Of a stretch of DNA of 55,837 nucleotides, positions 26,855-35,514 are shown piece after piece. Position 1 is the stretch's first letter, and each line of letters starts with the position of its first letter. The notes below the pieces were generated by a model. It worked only from the letters and a program-made list of their open reading frames with translations, was not told the origin of the DNA and searched no databases. A program made the translations under genes and the position numbers. The DNA comes from an uncultured Bacteroidales bacterium (GTDB lineage: Bacteria > Bacteroidota > Bacteroidia > Bacteroidales > UBA932): assembly GCA_947307265.1 (NCBI GenBank), contig CAMZIP010000001.1, positions 1 through 55,837 on the forward strand, read 5' to 3'.

Positions 26855-29800
26855 TTAGAATGTTAAATCGACACCGATGCTGTACAGTTTGGTCTGCGGG
26901 TAGCGGTATGAACCTGCCCACGCATCCTCTGCGTCAGCGTGATACTTACTCATATATGAGAATGTGAGAGGGTTGTAGGCATTGAGATAAATCTTTGCCT
27001 TGTCCAGAGCGATACCCTTGAGCCAGCGGTCAGGAAGGGTGTAGCTGATCTCGATATTCTTCAGACGGAGGTAGGTCGAACTGACCATCCAGAAATCGGA
27101 GCAGGTCACGTTGTTGGCGTTAGCCGCACCGGTGGTGAATCTAGGATAGGTTGCAGTCGCATAGTTGATGACATTGCCGTCGGTATCGAGCTGGCAACGG
27201 TCCTTCATATAGTACTGAGCAGTACCGCTGTCATAAAATGCGTGGAATGCATCCATCGAAGTATTGAACCAGTTGGACATATAACCGGTACCCTGGAGGA
27301 GGAAGTCGATGCCCCAGCCCTTGTAGTTGAAGTTGAGATTCATCGCATACACCGCACGCGGGTCACGGCCCTCGCCGATTGCAGTACGGTCGTTGGAGTC
27401 GACGACATTGTCACCGTTGAGGTCGGCATACTTGAGGTCGCCCGGGCCGTAAGTACCGAGCAGCTGCTCAGGGCTGTTGTGAACGTCGTCCCAATCCTTG
27501 AAGAAACCGAGGCACTTGAAACCGAAGTCCATACGGGTACGGCGGCCGGTCTCTACGAGGTTCTCGTAGTCGCGCGGACCCTCACCCATAGAGAGGATCT
27601 TATTGTCGTTGTAAGAACCGAATGCCAAGATGGAATACTTGAAATCACCGATCTTGTCGCTCCACTTGAGGGACAGCTCGATACCCTGGCTGCGGACGAT
27701 ACCGTCGTTACCGATAGGGAGACGGTCTTCCAGTGAACCAAGGACGTTAGGATAAGTTGCCTTTGCTGCGGTATAAGCGTCATAGCGCTTCTCGTGCCAG
27801 ACTTCGAGGTCGAAGTCCAACTTGTGGTTGAACAGGGAACCTTCGAGTGCAACGTTGTACATAGCAGCCTTTTCGACCATAACCTCAGGGTTGGGGACGC
27901 GGCCTTCGCGGACGTGGGTGACGGTTGCAAGCGTAGTACCGTAGTACATATAGCCGCTACCGGTCCAGTAACGAGCACGTGCGGGATAACGCTCGTCGTT
28001 ACCGTTGATATCGGTAAATTCGTAGAGGTTGTTACCGGAGAGACCTGCCGTAGCGCGGAGTTTCAGGTAGTTGACAGCCTTTGCCTTCTGCATGAAGTCC
28101 TCACCGGAAATGACCCAGGAAAGACCGACGGCAGGATAGAGCTGGCGGGGATTGTTCGTAAAGTAGAACTTATCGCTGCCGGAAATTGCCGCAGTCACGT
28201 CAACGTAGTACTTATTCTTATAGGAGTATGCACCCCAGAAACCGAAAGTATGATAACGGTAGTCAGGAGAGTTGTTCTTGAGCGTCTGGGTAAGCTGCCA
28301 GTTGCTGAAGAGCATTGCATCTACCTTGTGGTTGCCGAAAGTACGGTCGTACTTGAGTTCGACGTCGCCGCCATAGTAACGGGTAACGCCGTAAGCGCCG
28401 GATGCCGTCAGGGAAGTAGGCTCCTTGAACGAACGGTACACGTCCGCACCCGAGTCATCCTTCGAGTACTGCCAGACCTGGAAAGTACGGGAATGAGTGA
28501 CAGAGTATGAATTGTAGCCGTCAAGGTGACCTGCAGCCTCGAGGGTAAGACCCTTGACGCCAAACTTGGTAAAGTCGGCGATGAGTTTACCGGTGAACTG
28601 GTAGTAACGGCGGGTCTGCTCATAGTAACCGCCCTCGGTGATAAGACCGAACGGGTTGTTCTGATAGACTGAGTTACCACCGATCATCAGGACTTCCTTA
28701 TTGAGGGTGGGATCGATACCGTAGAAATACATAGGATATGCATTCGCAGGGTTCTTGATCTCACTCATCACAGTACCTGCCTCAGATGCCGTAAAGTCGG
28801 CAGCGGGCCTCTTGCGCTCCTCGATACGGCCTGATACCATACCGGTAAACGTCAGCCAGTCGGTAAGGTTGATATCGAGGTTGGAACGGAGGTTATACTT
28901 TGCATAGTTGGTCTTGGTCGAGAATGCGGGGTTGAAATCCTCATACTTGAGCAGACCGCCCTGATAGGTATAACCTGCAAGGACGAAGTAACGTGCTACC
29001 TGGTTACCACCGCGCATTGAAATGGAAGCGTTGCGCTGGGAAGTGAAGTCCTTGAAGAGTTCATCATAGAAGTTCACGTCAGGATGAGTCAGAGGACTCT
29101 GGTGGTTCTGGTAGAGTTCGAGGTCCTTATCTGTATAAATAGGTGCCAGACCGTCATTGATCATTGCCTCATTGTACCAGGATGCATAGGTGTAAGCATC
29201 TACATAATCGGGGAGGCAGTCGGTCGGCATAAGAAGACCTTCATTGTACTTCACGTCGATAGTACGCTTGTTGGTATCACCGTGCTTGGTGTTGACCAGA
29301 ATGACGCCGTTTGCACCGCGAAGACCGTAGATAGCCGTTGCAGCAGCATCCTTGAGGATGGAGAACGACTCGATCTCATCTGCGTTCAGTTCGGCGAAGT
29401 TACGCTCGAAACCGTCCACGATGATAAGCGGTGAAGGATCGCCATACACGGAACTCGTGTTGCTGCAGCCGCCGTCGAGGGTACGGACGCCACGGATGAC
29501 GAAGGTTGCCTCGTCATAACCGGGAGCACCTGCCAGCTGGCGGGAAGTCATACCGAGCACGCGGCCAGAAAGAGCATTACCGAGGGATGTAACCTTACTC
29601 TTTGCCAGATCTTCATCGGTGATGGTCCACAGGGAAGCGGATACCTCACGTTTCTTGGCTGTACGGTAAGGGAGGTTGACGTTCTCGCGGGTACCCAGAC
29701 CGGCGGGTGCCTCCTTCATCACGATGCGGAGGAAACCGTCTGAATTGATTGTCTGGAGATACTCGTAGAAGAAGTCGGTATTGAATGCGAGGACGGAGCC

Positions 29801-30037
29801 GAGCGAAGGAACGGTAATCTCGAAATCACCGTTCTCGTCGGTCATCGTATCGATAAAGGTATCCTGGACGGTAACAAGAACGCCCATCAGAGGATAACCC
29901 TTCTCGCTCACGACATTACCATAGATGGTAACCGGCTTGTTTTCGTCTTTCTTCTTACCCTGCGCGAAAGTTACGGACTCAACGCAAAGCAGGAGCGCGA
30001 AAAGCAGCGTAATATATTTAAAAGCTTTCATTTTCAT
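26855..30037 (-). CDS. SusC/RagA-family TonB-linked outer-membrane protein (pair 1)
   Basis: ORF 26855..30061 trimmed to MKMKAFKYITLLFALLL (ATG at 30037; 30031 is an alternative). It has a CarboxypepD_reg segment (IYGNVVSEKGYPLMGVLVTVQDT), a plug (IRGVRTL...PLIIVDGFE...IESFSILKDAAATAIYGLRGANGVILVNTK), and ends ...SIGVDLTF. There is no STN domain. Confidence 0.93.
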   Translation of the reverse strand: MKMKAFKYITLLFALLLCVESVTFAQGKKKDENKPVTIYGNVVSEKGYPLMGVLVTVQDTFIDTMTDENGDFEITVPSLGSVLAFNTDFFYEYLQTINSDGFLRIVMKEAPAGLGTRENVNLPYRTAKKREVSASLWTITDEDLAKSKVTSLGNALSGRVLGMTSRQLAGAPGYDEATFVIRGVRTLDGGCSNTSSVYGDPSPLIIVDGFERNFAELNADEIESFSILKDAAATAIYGLRGANGVILVNTKHGDTNKRTIDVKYNEGLLMPTDCLPDYVDAYTYASWYNEAMINDGLAPIYTDKDLELYQNHQSPLTHPDVNFYDELFKDFTSQRNASISMRGGNQVARYFVLAGYTYQGGLLKYEDFNPAFSTKTNYAKYNLRSNLDINLTDWLTFTGMVSGRIEERKRPAADFTASEAGTVMSEIKNPANAYPMYFYGIDPTLNKEVLMIGGNSVYQNNPFGLITEGGYYEQTRRYYQFTGKLIADFTKFGVKGLTLEAAGHLDGYNSYSVTHSRTFQVWQYSKDDSGADVYRSFKEPTSLTASGAYGVTRYYGGDVELKYDRTFGNHKVDAMLFSNWQLTQTLKNNSPDYRYHTFGFWGAYSYKNKYYVDVTAAISGSDKFYFTNNPRQLYPAVGLSWVISGEDFMQKAKAVNYLKLRATAGLSGNNLYEFTDINGNDERYPARARYWTGSGYMYYGTTLATVTHVREGRVPNPEVMVEKAAMYNVALEGSLFNHKLDFDLEVWHEKRYDAYTAAKATYPNVLGSLEDRLPIGNDGIVRSQGIELSLKWSDKIGDFKYSILAFGSYNDNKILSMGEGPRDYENLVETGRRTRMDFGFKCLGFFKDWDDVHNSPEQLLGTYGPGDLKYADLNGDNVVDSNDRTAIGEGRDPRAVYAMNLNFNYKGWGIDFLLQGTGYMSNWFNTSMDAFHAFYDSGTAQYYMKDRCQLDTDGNVINYATATYPRFTTGAANANNVTCSDFWMVSSTYLRLKNIEISYTLPDRWLKGIALDKAKIYLNAYNPLTFSYMSKYHADAEDAWAGSYRYPQTKLYSIGVDLTF

Positions 30038-30054
30038 AGCATTGATCTCCTCTA

Positions 30055-31899
30055 TTACCATCCGGGGTTCTGTTCTATACCAAGGTTATAGACTTCATCC
30101 TGCGGAATCGGATAAAGATACATACGGCCGGCGTCGAAAATACGGTCTTCAACCTTGATGCGGTTGTAAGAGTAAGTAGAACCGGACTTGACGATGTCAA
30201 CGCCGTAGATAGCGCCTCCGATCAACTCGGGACCGCGCTTCCAGCGGAGAATATCATAGAAGTACTGATCCTCGAACGCAAACTCGATGATACGCTCGTT
30301 CTGGATCTTGTCGCGTGCCTGCTCCTTGCTCATACCGGTAGGAAGACCGGGAAGGCCCTGAGGAAGCACAGGGAAATCAGGATTCTCGGTGCGCTCGACC
30401 AGGACGTAGTAGTACGGGTCGGACTGGTTGTTCTGAATCTGGTTGTTCGGCGGGCAGATGAGACGTGCACGGACGGTATTGATTGCCTCGATGGCAGACA
30501 TTCCGCCGTTGCCGTTATCCGGACCGTAAACCTCGTTCATTGCCTCTGCATAGTTGAAGTACATCTCAGCCAGACGGATGTAGAACGGATAAGTCTTGCA
30601 ACCGCCGGGGTTGTTCTTGTTCTTGCATTCGCGGCCCCAGTACTTACGCAGGTAGTAACCGGTGCGTGAGTAGAGGTGATTCTTCGGATCGCGGTCAGCA
30701 CCGTAGGTGGTACCGTCACGCCAGGTTTCGATTGCGCGGTTGATCCACATACGACCGTTGTAGAGCACCGTATAATAGAAACGCGGGTCGCGGTTCTTGT
30801 AGATGTTGGCTACGTGGTCAGGATTGTTCCAGTCGAAATCTTCAACGCCCGTAGCCACGCCAAGTTCATTGTACGTGATGACAGGGAAACGGTCCACGAA
30901 GTTCTGAGTCGGCGAGTTGCTGCCGTAGCCCCAGAACATATCACCGGGAGTTGCCTGCTCGTAGTTGATCATACGCGTGTTGAAGTTGGTAGCATAGGTA
31001 CCTGCGCGTTTGAAGACGATCAACTCGGGGTTCTGTGAAGGAGTCTTGCGGAGGAAGAGGTTCTGCCAGTCAGTGGTCAGCACGTGGAAACCCTGCGCTT
31101 CGCAATAGTCGAGGCAGTCCTTTGCAGCTTCAGCCGCTGCCTTCCATTTGGATGCATCACCGGTGGGGTTGTGCAGAGGGCTTGCCACAAGAAGGGTGAC
31201 GCGGCTGCGGAGAGCCTTGCACCAGGTCTTGGTAGCACGACCGTAATCTTCCCAGGAACCTTCATCGGACCACCAGTCGGACAGAAGCGCCTCTGCGGTG
31301 TCGAGCTCGCTCATAATGAAAGCGATAGTCTCGTCGAATGAGGAACGGGGAATCTTATAGTCCGACTCGAGGTCGAGAACTTTCTTTACAAGGGGAACAC
31401 CGCCATAACGCTTAGCCAGCTCGAAATAGAAGTAAGCGACCATAAAGTGGCACTCACCCTTCATCAGAGGCTTGCGGCCTGTAGGTTCATTGTTGAAATT
31501 GTCAACATTGTCGAGGAACATCCAGGCGCGGCGGATCTGCTTGTAGCAGCGATACCATACGTCAGAAACTTCGGTAGCGGCGGCGGTTGCCTTCCAGTTA
31601 CCTACGTTGAATGAACGGTTGGTAGCGCCATAGGAAGCAGTGTACTCCGACATATCGGTCGCACTCTCGAGGAAACCGTAGTATTCGTCGAACTTGTAGT
31701 TAGCCTGAATACGCGGCATATAATAGTACATCATATCCAGGTAACGCTGAGCGCGCAGATAATCCTGGAAGATGTATTCCTTATCCTGCTCGCTGCTCGG
31801 AGCCTGGTCCAGGAACTTTTCGCAAGAAATGGTTGTCAGTGCCATAACGGCGAATACAACCGTTGCAATGGAATATCGAATTATCTTTTTCATAATCAA
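30055..31899 (-). CDS. SusD/RagB-family nutrient-binding lipoprotein (pair 2)
   Basis: Opens MIMKKIIRYSIATVVFAVMALTTISCEKFLDQAPSS and has YFYFELAKRYGGVPL, EMYFNYAEAMNE, ERIIEFAFEDQYFYDILRW, and ends IEQNPGW. Confidence 0.92.
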   Translation of the reverse strand: MIMKKIIRYSIATVVFAVMALTTISCEKFLDQAPSSEQDKEYIFQDYLRAQRYLDMMYYYMPRIQANYKFDEYYGFLESATDMSEYTASYGATNRSFNVGNWKATAAATEVSDVWYRCYKQIRRAWMFLDNVDNFNNEPTGRKPLMKGECHFMVAYFYFELAKRYGGVPLVKKVLDLESDYKIPRSSFDETIAFIMSELDTAEALLSDWWSDEGSWEDYGRATKTWCKALRSRVTLLVASPLHNPTGDASKWKAAAEAAKDCLDYCEAQGFHVLTTDWQNLFLRKTPSQNPELIVFKRAGTYATNFNTRMINYEQATPGDMFWGYGSNSPTQNFVDRFPVITYNELGVATGVEDFDWNNPDHVANIYKNRDPRFYYTVLYNGRMWINRAIETWRDGTTYGADRDPKNHLYSRTGYYLRKYWGRECKNKNNPGGCKTYPFYIRLAEMYFNYAEAMNEVYGPDNGNGGMSAIEAINTVRARLICPPNNQIQNNQSDPYYYVLVERTENPDFPVLPQGLPGLPTGMSKEQARDKIQNERIIEFAFEDQYFYDILRWKRGPELIGGAIYGVDIVKSGSTYSYNRIKVEDRIFDAGRMYLYPIPQDEVYNLGIEQNPGW

Positions 31900-31905
31900 T
31901 CCTCC

Positions 31906-34900
31906 TTAGAACTTAAGATTGACACCGAAACTGATACCCATTGTCTGCGGATAGACAGCACCAGTAGAACCGGTAGGGGTCTCAGGGTCAACAACTTTCA
32001 GTTTGTCCCAGGTGACCAGGTTGACGCCGCTCACATGAACGCGTGCACCCTTGATGATGGCATCCTTGCGGGTCTTGAAAGTATAGGACAGTTCCACGTT
32101 CTTCAGACGGAGATAAGGGTTGTCCTTGAGGAAGAACGAGTTCTTGTTGTGGTTCTGGCTCGTACCGCCGACGTGAAGTGCGGGATAGGTAGCCGTATCA
32201 GCCGTTTCCGGAGTCCAGCGACCCTGGTGGATTGCCTGGACGCGGCCGCGGTTGTAGAACTCATACATCAGATAGTTGGAAATGAACACACTGCTGTGAG
32301 CCGCACCCTGGAAGTGGATATCCAGGCTGAAGCCCTTATAGTCGAGTCCACCGGAGAAACCGTAAACGATCTCAGGAATCTTGGAGTAACCGATGGGGAC
32401 CTTATCGTATTCATTGACAACACCGTCACCGTTGTAGTCGAGGTACTTCAAGTCGCCGGGTATCGGCGTGGTACCGACCTGCTGGACGGGAGAGTTGTCG
32501 ATTTCTTCCTGATCCTTGAAGAAACCGATGACCATATAACCGAACTGCTGTCCGATGGCACGGCCCTCTTCCTTCTGCCAAGCCAGCATACTTGCAGCCT
32601 CATCCTTGAAAACGACTTCGTTGTGGACGTAGGTGAAGTTGCCGCGCAGATTGTAAGCGAGGTCCTTGGTGATATTGTCACGGAAGCTCAGGTCAAACTC
32701 CCAACCGTTCTTCTTGGTCTTACCGATGTTCATATCGGAGAAACCGATACCGATGACACCGGGGATGGAGTTAGGTGTCATAAGAATATCGCTGCGGTTC
32801 TCGAGGAAGCGATCCACCGTGAGGTTGAGTTTCTTCCAGAGGGTGATATCGAAACCGATATTGGTCTGGTAAGCCTTCTCCCACGTTGCCAGAGGATTGG
32901 CGATGGACGGCTCGGTGGTGTAACCGTTGGAGTCACCAGCATCCTGACCGAAGTAAGAATAAGAGGTGGAACCGGTTGTCCACTTGCCTTCCTTATAGAT
33001 GAATCGGGTATTTGCGTAGTCATTACCGGTAAGACCATAGGAGAGACGCAGTTTCAGACGCGTGATGGTCTTGTTGTTCTTGAGAAATGACTCGTTGTGT
33101 ACGTTCCAGCCCAGGGAAACCGAAGGGAAGAGACCGAAACGGCGACCGGGAGCGAAGTTCTCACTACCACGATAAGCAGCGTTGACCTCAACGTGATAGA
33201 TGTCCTTGTATGCGTAATTGAAACGTCCGATGAAGCTGACTGACTTGTACGGAATGGAAGTACCTGTACGATAGTCAGAAACATTGGCGATACCGGTTGC
33301 GCTCAGGTTGTGGTTGCGAATCTGGCCTTTCCAGTTGACGATGGCCTCACCGTAAGCCTTACGGGTCGAGGATAGCGAACCGTCGGACGTGGAATAGAAG
33401 ACCGGCTCGAGGAATGCCTGATAGCGGTCATCGCGACCAGCCTCGGAAATCAGCTGATATGTCGACTGGGTCTCCGTCCACTGGCCGTAGTTACCGAAGT
33501 TGGAGTCGTAAGCCATACGGAGTGAAACCGTCAGGCCCTTGACCCACTGGCTGAAGTCATACGTAACCTTGAGGGAGGACTTGATCGTATTGTTCTTTGC
33601 ACGGTACGAACCACGGGTATTGAGCAGATACAGAGGGTTGGCTGCGGGGAAGTCGGTCGTACCGGCATAGGAGCCGTCGGGGTTGAGCGCAGGCATCACC
33701 CACGAAGGAATACGGTTCATATACTGGAAGATATCCGTATTCTCGTACGGCTGTGACTTGTCCGTCATACCACCGCTGATATCGAGCGAGATCGTGAGAG
33801 CTTTTGTCAGTGCAACGTCCACGTTGGAACGGAAGGTGTAGCGCTGATAGCCGAACTTAGGGTCATAAATACGGCCCTGAGTGGTCTTCAGCTGACCTTC
33901 CTGGTACATATAAGTACCGGAAACGTAGTACTTGACGCTCTTTGTACCACCTCGGATGCTCAGCGAGTTGTTGGTCTGCGACGAGAACTTCTTCATCATG
34001 ATGCTGTACCAGTCGGTGTCAGGATAACGGTACGGGTCGTCCTGGATGCGGTAATGCTCCAGGGTAGCCTCGTCGTAAATCGGCTCCTGACCATCATTCA
34101 TAAGGGCCTCGTTGTAGAGAAGCAAGCTCTCGTATGAGTTGAGGTAGTGGGGATAACGCGTCGGGGTGTTGAGGGTGTACGATGTCGAGAAGGACACTGA
34201 AGGACGGCCTTCCTGACCGCGCTTGGTAGTCACGAGAATGACACCGTTTGCCGACTTCGAACCGTACACTGCCGTTGCCGCCGCATCCTTGAGGATCGAG
34301 AAGGACTCAATCTCGGAAGGGTCGAGGCGGAGGAACTGTGCCTGGTTGCTCTCGACACCGTCGATGACGTAGAGAGGTTCGGCATCGTTCCAGGTACCTG
34401 CGCCGCGGATATACATCGTCGACTCATCGGCACCCGGCTGACCGCTGGACTGCATTGTAACCAGACCAGGGATACGGCCCGCGACCGCGTTGGAAATATT
34501 GGAGACCGGAGATTTGACGATATCATCGGCCTTGACGGTGGAAATAGCAGATGACATTGCCGACTTCTTCTGCTCACCGAATGCGATGACGACCGTCTCC
34601 TCGATCATCGTCGCTTCAGGTGCCATATTGACGTCGATCACCTGACGCTTACCGACCGGCACGCTCTTCGTCTCATATCCGAGGAAACTGAATGCCAGCG
34701 TTGCCTTGCTGTCCACCGTAATCTCATAATGTCCCTTGGCATCGGTGGTGGTACCGAGGGTAGTACCGACAACGACCACATCGACGAACGGGAACGGTTC
34801 TCCCATCTCGTCCTTGACCGTACCGGTAATCTTGACTTTTCCGGCTGCTGCCTGATTTCCTGTCTGCGCCGTCGCGGGTATGCTCAGCAAGAGCATAAGT

Positions 34901-34968
34901 GCTAACGCCATACAGCTTTTCAAGATGAAAGGCATCACTCCGAAAAAGGATTTCCTAATGTTTTTCAT
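31906..34968 (-). CDS. SusC/RagA-family TonB-linked outer-membrane protein (pair 2)
   Basis: Has a signal peptide ending PATAQ, KITGTVKDEMGEPFPFVDVVVVGT, a plug (IRGAGTWNDAEPLYVIDGVE...IESFSILKDAAATAVYGSKSANGVILVTTKRG), and ends ISFGVNLKF. There is no STN domain. Confidence 0.93.
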   Translation of the reverse strand: MKNIRKSFFGVMPFILKSCMALALMLLLSIPATAQTGNQAAAGKVKITGTVKDEMGEPFPFVDVVVVGTTLGTTTDAKGHYEITVDSKATLAFSFLGYETKSVPVGKRQVIDVNMAPEATMIEETVVIAFGEQKKSAMSSAISTVKADDIVKSPVSNISNAVAGRIPGLVTMQSSGQPGADESTMYIRGAGTWNDAEPLYVIDGVESNQAQFLRLDPSEIESFSILKDAAATAVYGSKSANGVILVTTKRGQEGRPSVSFSTSYTLNTPTRYPHYLNSYESLLLYNEALMNDGQEPIYDEATLEHYRIQDDPYRYPDTDWYSIMMKKFSSQTNNSLSIRGGTKSVKYYVSGTYMYQEGQLKTTQGRIYDPKFGYQRYTFRSNVDVALTKALTISLDISGGMTDKSQPYENTDIFQYMNRIPSWVMPALNPDGSYAGTTDFPAANPLYLLNTRGSYRAKNNTIKSSLKVTYDFSQWVKGLTVSLRMAYDSNFGNYGQWTETQSTYQLISEAGRDDRYQAFLEPVFYSTSDGSLSSTRKAYGEAIVNWKGQIRNHNLSATGIANVSDYRTGTSIPYKSVSFIGRFNYAYKDIYHVEVNAAYRGSENFAPGRRFGLFPSVSLGWNVHNESFLKNNKTITRLKLRLSYGLTGNDYANTRFIYKEGKWTTGSTSYSYFGQDAGDSNGYTTEPSIANPLATWEKAYQTNIGFDITLWKKLNLTVDRFLENRSDILMTPNSIPGVIGIGFSDMNIGKTKKNGWEFDLSFRDNITKDLAYNLRGNFTYVHNEVVFKDEAASMLAWQKEEGRAIGQQFGYMVIGFFKDQEEIDNSPVQQVGTTPIPGDLKYLDYNGDGVVNEYDKVPIGYSKIPEIVYGFSGGLDYKGFSLDIHFQGAAHSSVFISNYLMYEFYNRGRVQAIHQGRWTPETADTATYPALHVGGTSQNHNKNSFFLKDNPYLRLKNVELSYTFKTRKDAIIKGARVHVSGVNLVTWDKLKVVDPETPTGSTGAVYPQTMGISFGVNLKF

Positions 34969-34981
34969 ATCAAGAAAAGTA

Positions 34982-34989
34982 CAAAATTA
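34982..34989 (-). promoter_or_regulatory. -7 box TAATTTTG for the SusC/SusD locus
   Basis: Plus-strand caaaatta is TAATTTTG on the minus strand, 13 nt upstream of the ATG at 34968. Confidence 0.45.
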
Positions 34990-35050
34990 TCCGCGTAAAT
35001 ATACGAATAAATCGCCAAAAGACCAAAAAATAGGTATGCCCTGCAGGGGC

Positions 35051-35076
35051 AACAAAAAAGCCGGCCTAAGCCAGCT
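35051..35076 (-). terminator. Rho-independent terminator after the tRNA (end of the str-tRNA transcription unit)
   Basis: The minus strand reads AGCUGGC-UUAG-GCCGGCU (7 bp including one G-U) followed by UUUUUGUU. It starts 6 nt after the tRNA 3' end. Confidence 0.7.
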
Positions 35077-35082
35077 TTTTTG

Positions 35083-35156
35083 TGGTCCCTGCAGGGCATG
35101 ATCCTGCGACTCCCTGATTATGAGTCAGGTGCTCTAACCAACTGAGCTAAGGGACC
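35083..35156 (-). tRNA. tRNA with anticodon CAT; elongator type, most like tRNA-Ile2 (lysidine) but tRNA-Met cannot be excluded
   Basis: The reverse complement GGTCCCTTAGCTCAGTTGGTTAGAGCACCTGACTCATAATCAGGGAGTCGCAGGATCATGCCCTGCAGGGACCA folds as a 7/4/5/5-bp cloverleaf with the anticodon loop CTCATAA. The G1:C72 pair and the lack of a 3xGC anticodon stem argue against an initiator. The acceptor stem GGTCCCT (C4:G69, C5:G68) resembles E. coli ileX. No CCA is encoded. Confidence 0.9.
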
Positions 35157-35185
35157 GGTTTCACCGGGGTCAAGCCCCGACGAAA

Positions 35186-35491
35186 TTAGACTTTAATCTC
35201 AACCTCGACACCGCTGGGAAGTTCAAGCTTCATCAGCGCATCGACAGTCTTCGGCGTCGAGCTGTAGATATCCAGCAGGCGACGGAAAGAGTTGAGCTCG
35301 AACTGCTCACGAGCCTTCTTGTTGACGAAGGTCGAACGGTTGACCGTAAAGATCTTCTTGTCAGTCGGAAGGGGAATCGGACCGCTGACGACAGCGCCCG
35401 TGCTCTTCACAGTTTTCACGATCTTGTCGGCGGACTTGTCCACCAGTGCGTGATCGTAAGACTTGAGTTTAATTCTGATTTTCTGACTCAT
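35186..35491 (-). CDS. rpsJ: 30S ribosomal protein S10
   Basis: ORF 35186..35515 trimmed to the ATG at 35491 ([29 protein letters not shown]...[13 protein letters not shown]). The upstream 8 codons overlap the fusA stop. Confidence 0.95.
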   Translation of the reverse strand: MSQKIRIKLKSYDHALVDKSADKIVKTVKSTGAVVSGPIPLPTDKKIFTVNRSTFVNKKAREQFELNSFRRLLDIYSSTPKTVDALMKLELPSGVEVEIKV

Positions 35492-35514
35492 ATCGTTAAC
35501 TTTTTTGTATTTCA

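Noticed and set aside
25564-26967. 467-aa plus-strand ORF opposite SusD/SusC, and similar antisense ORFs at 27794-28510, 32035-33090, 20307-21068, 44238-45254 and 46714-47607
   Set aside because: All of them lie antisense to genes with strong homology signals. Their compositions (Val/Asp/Gly/Arg-rich) are the mirror image of the real frames.
23569-35156. A genomic island integrated at the tRNA
   Set aside because: The window has no integrase, excisionase, transfer genes or matching direct repeat. Only the short inverted copy of the tRNA 3' half is present, and it is reported as a low-interest observation.
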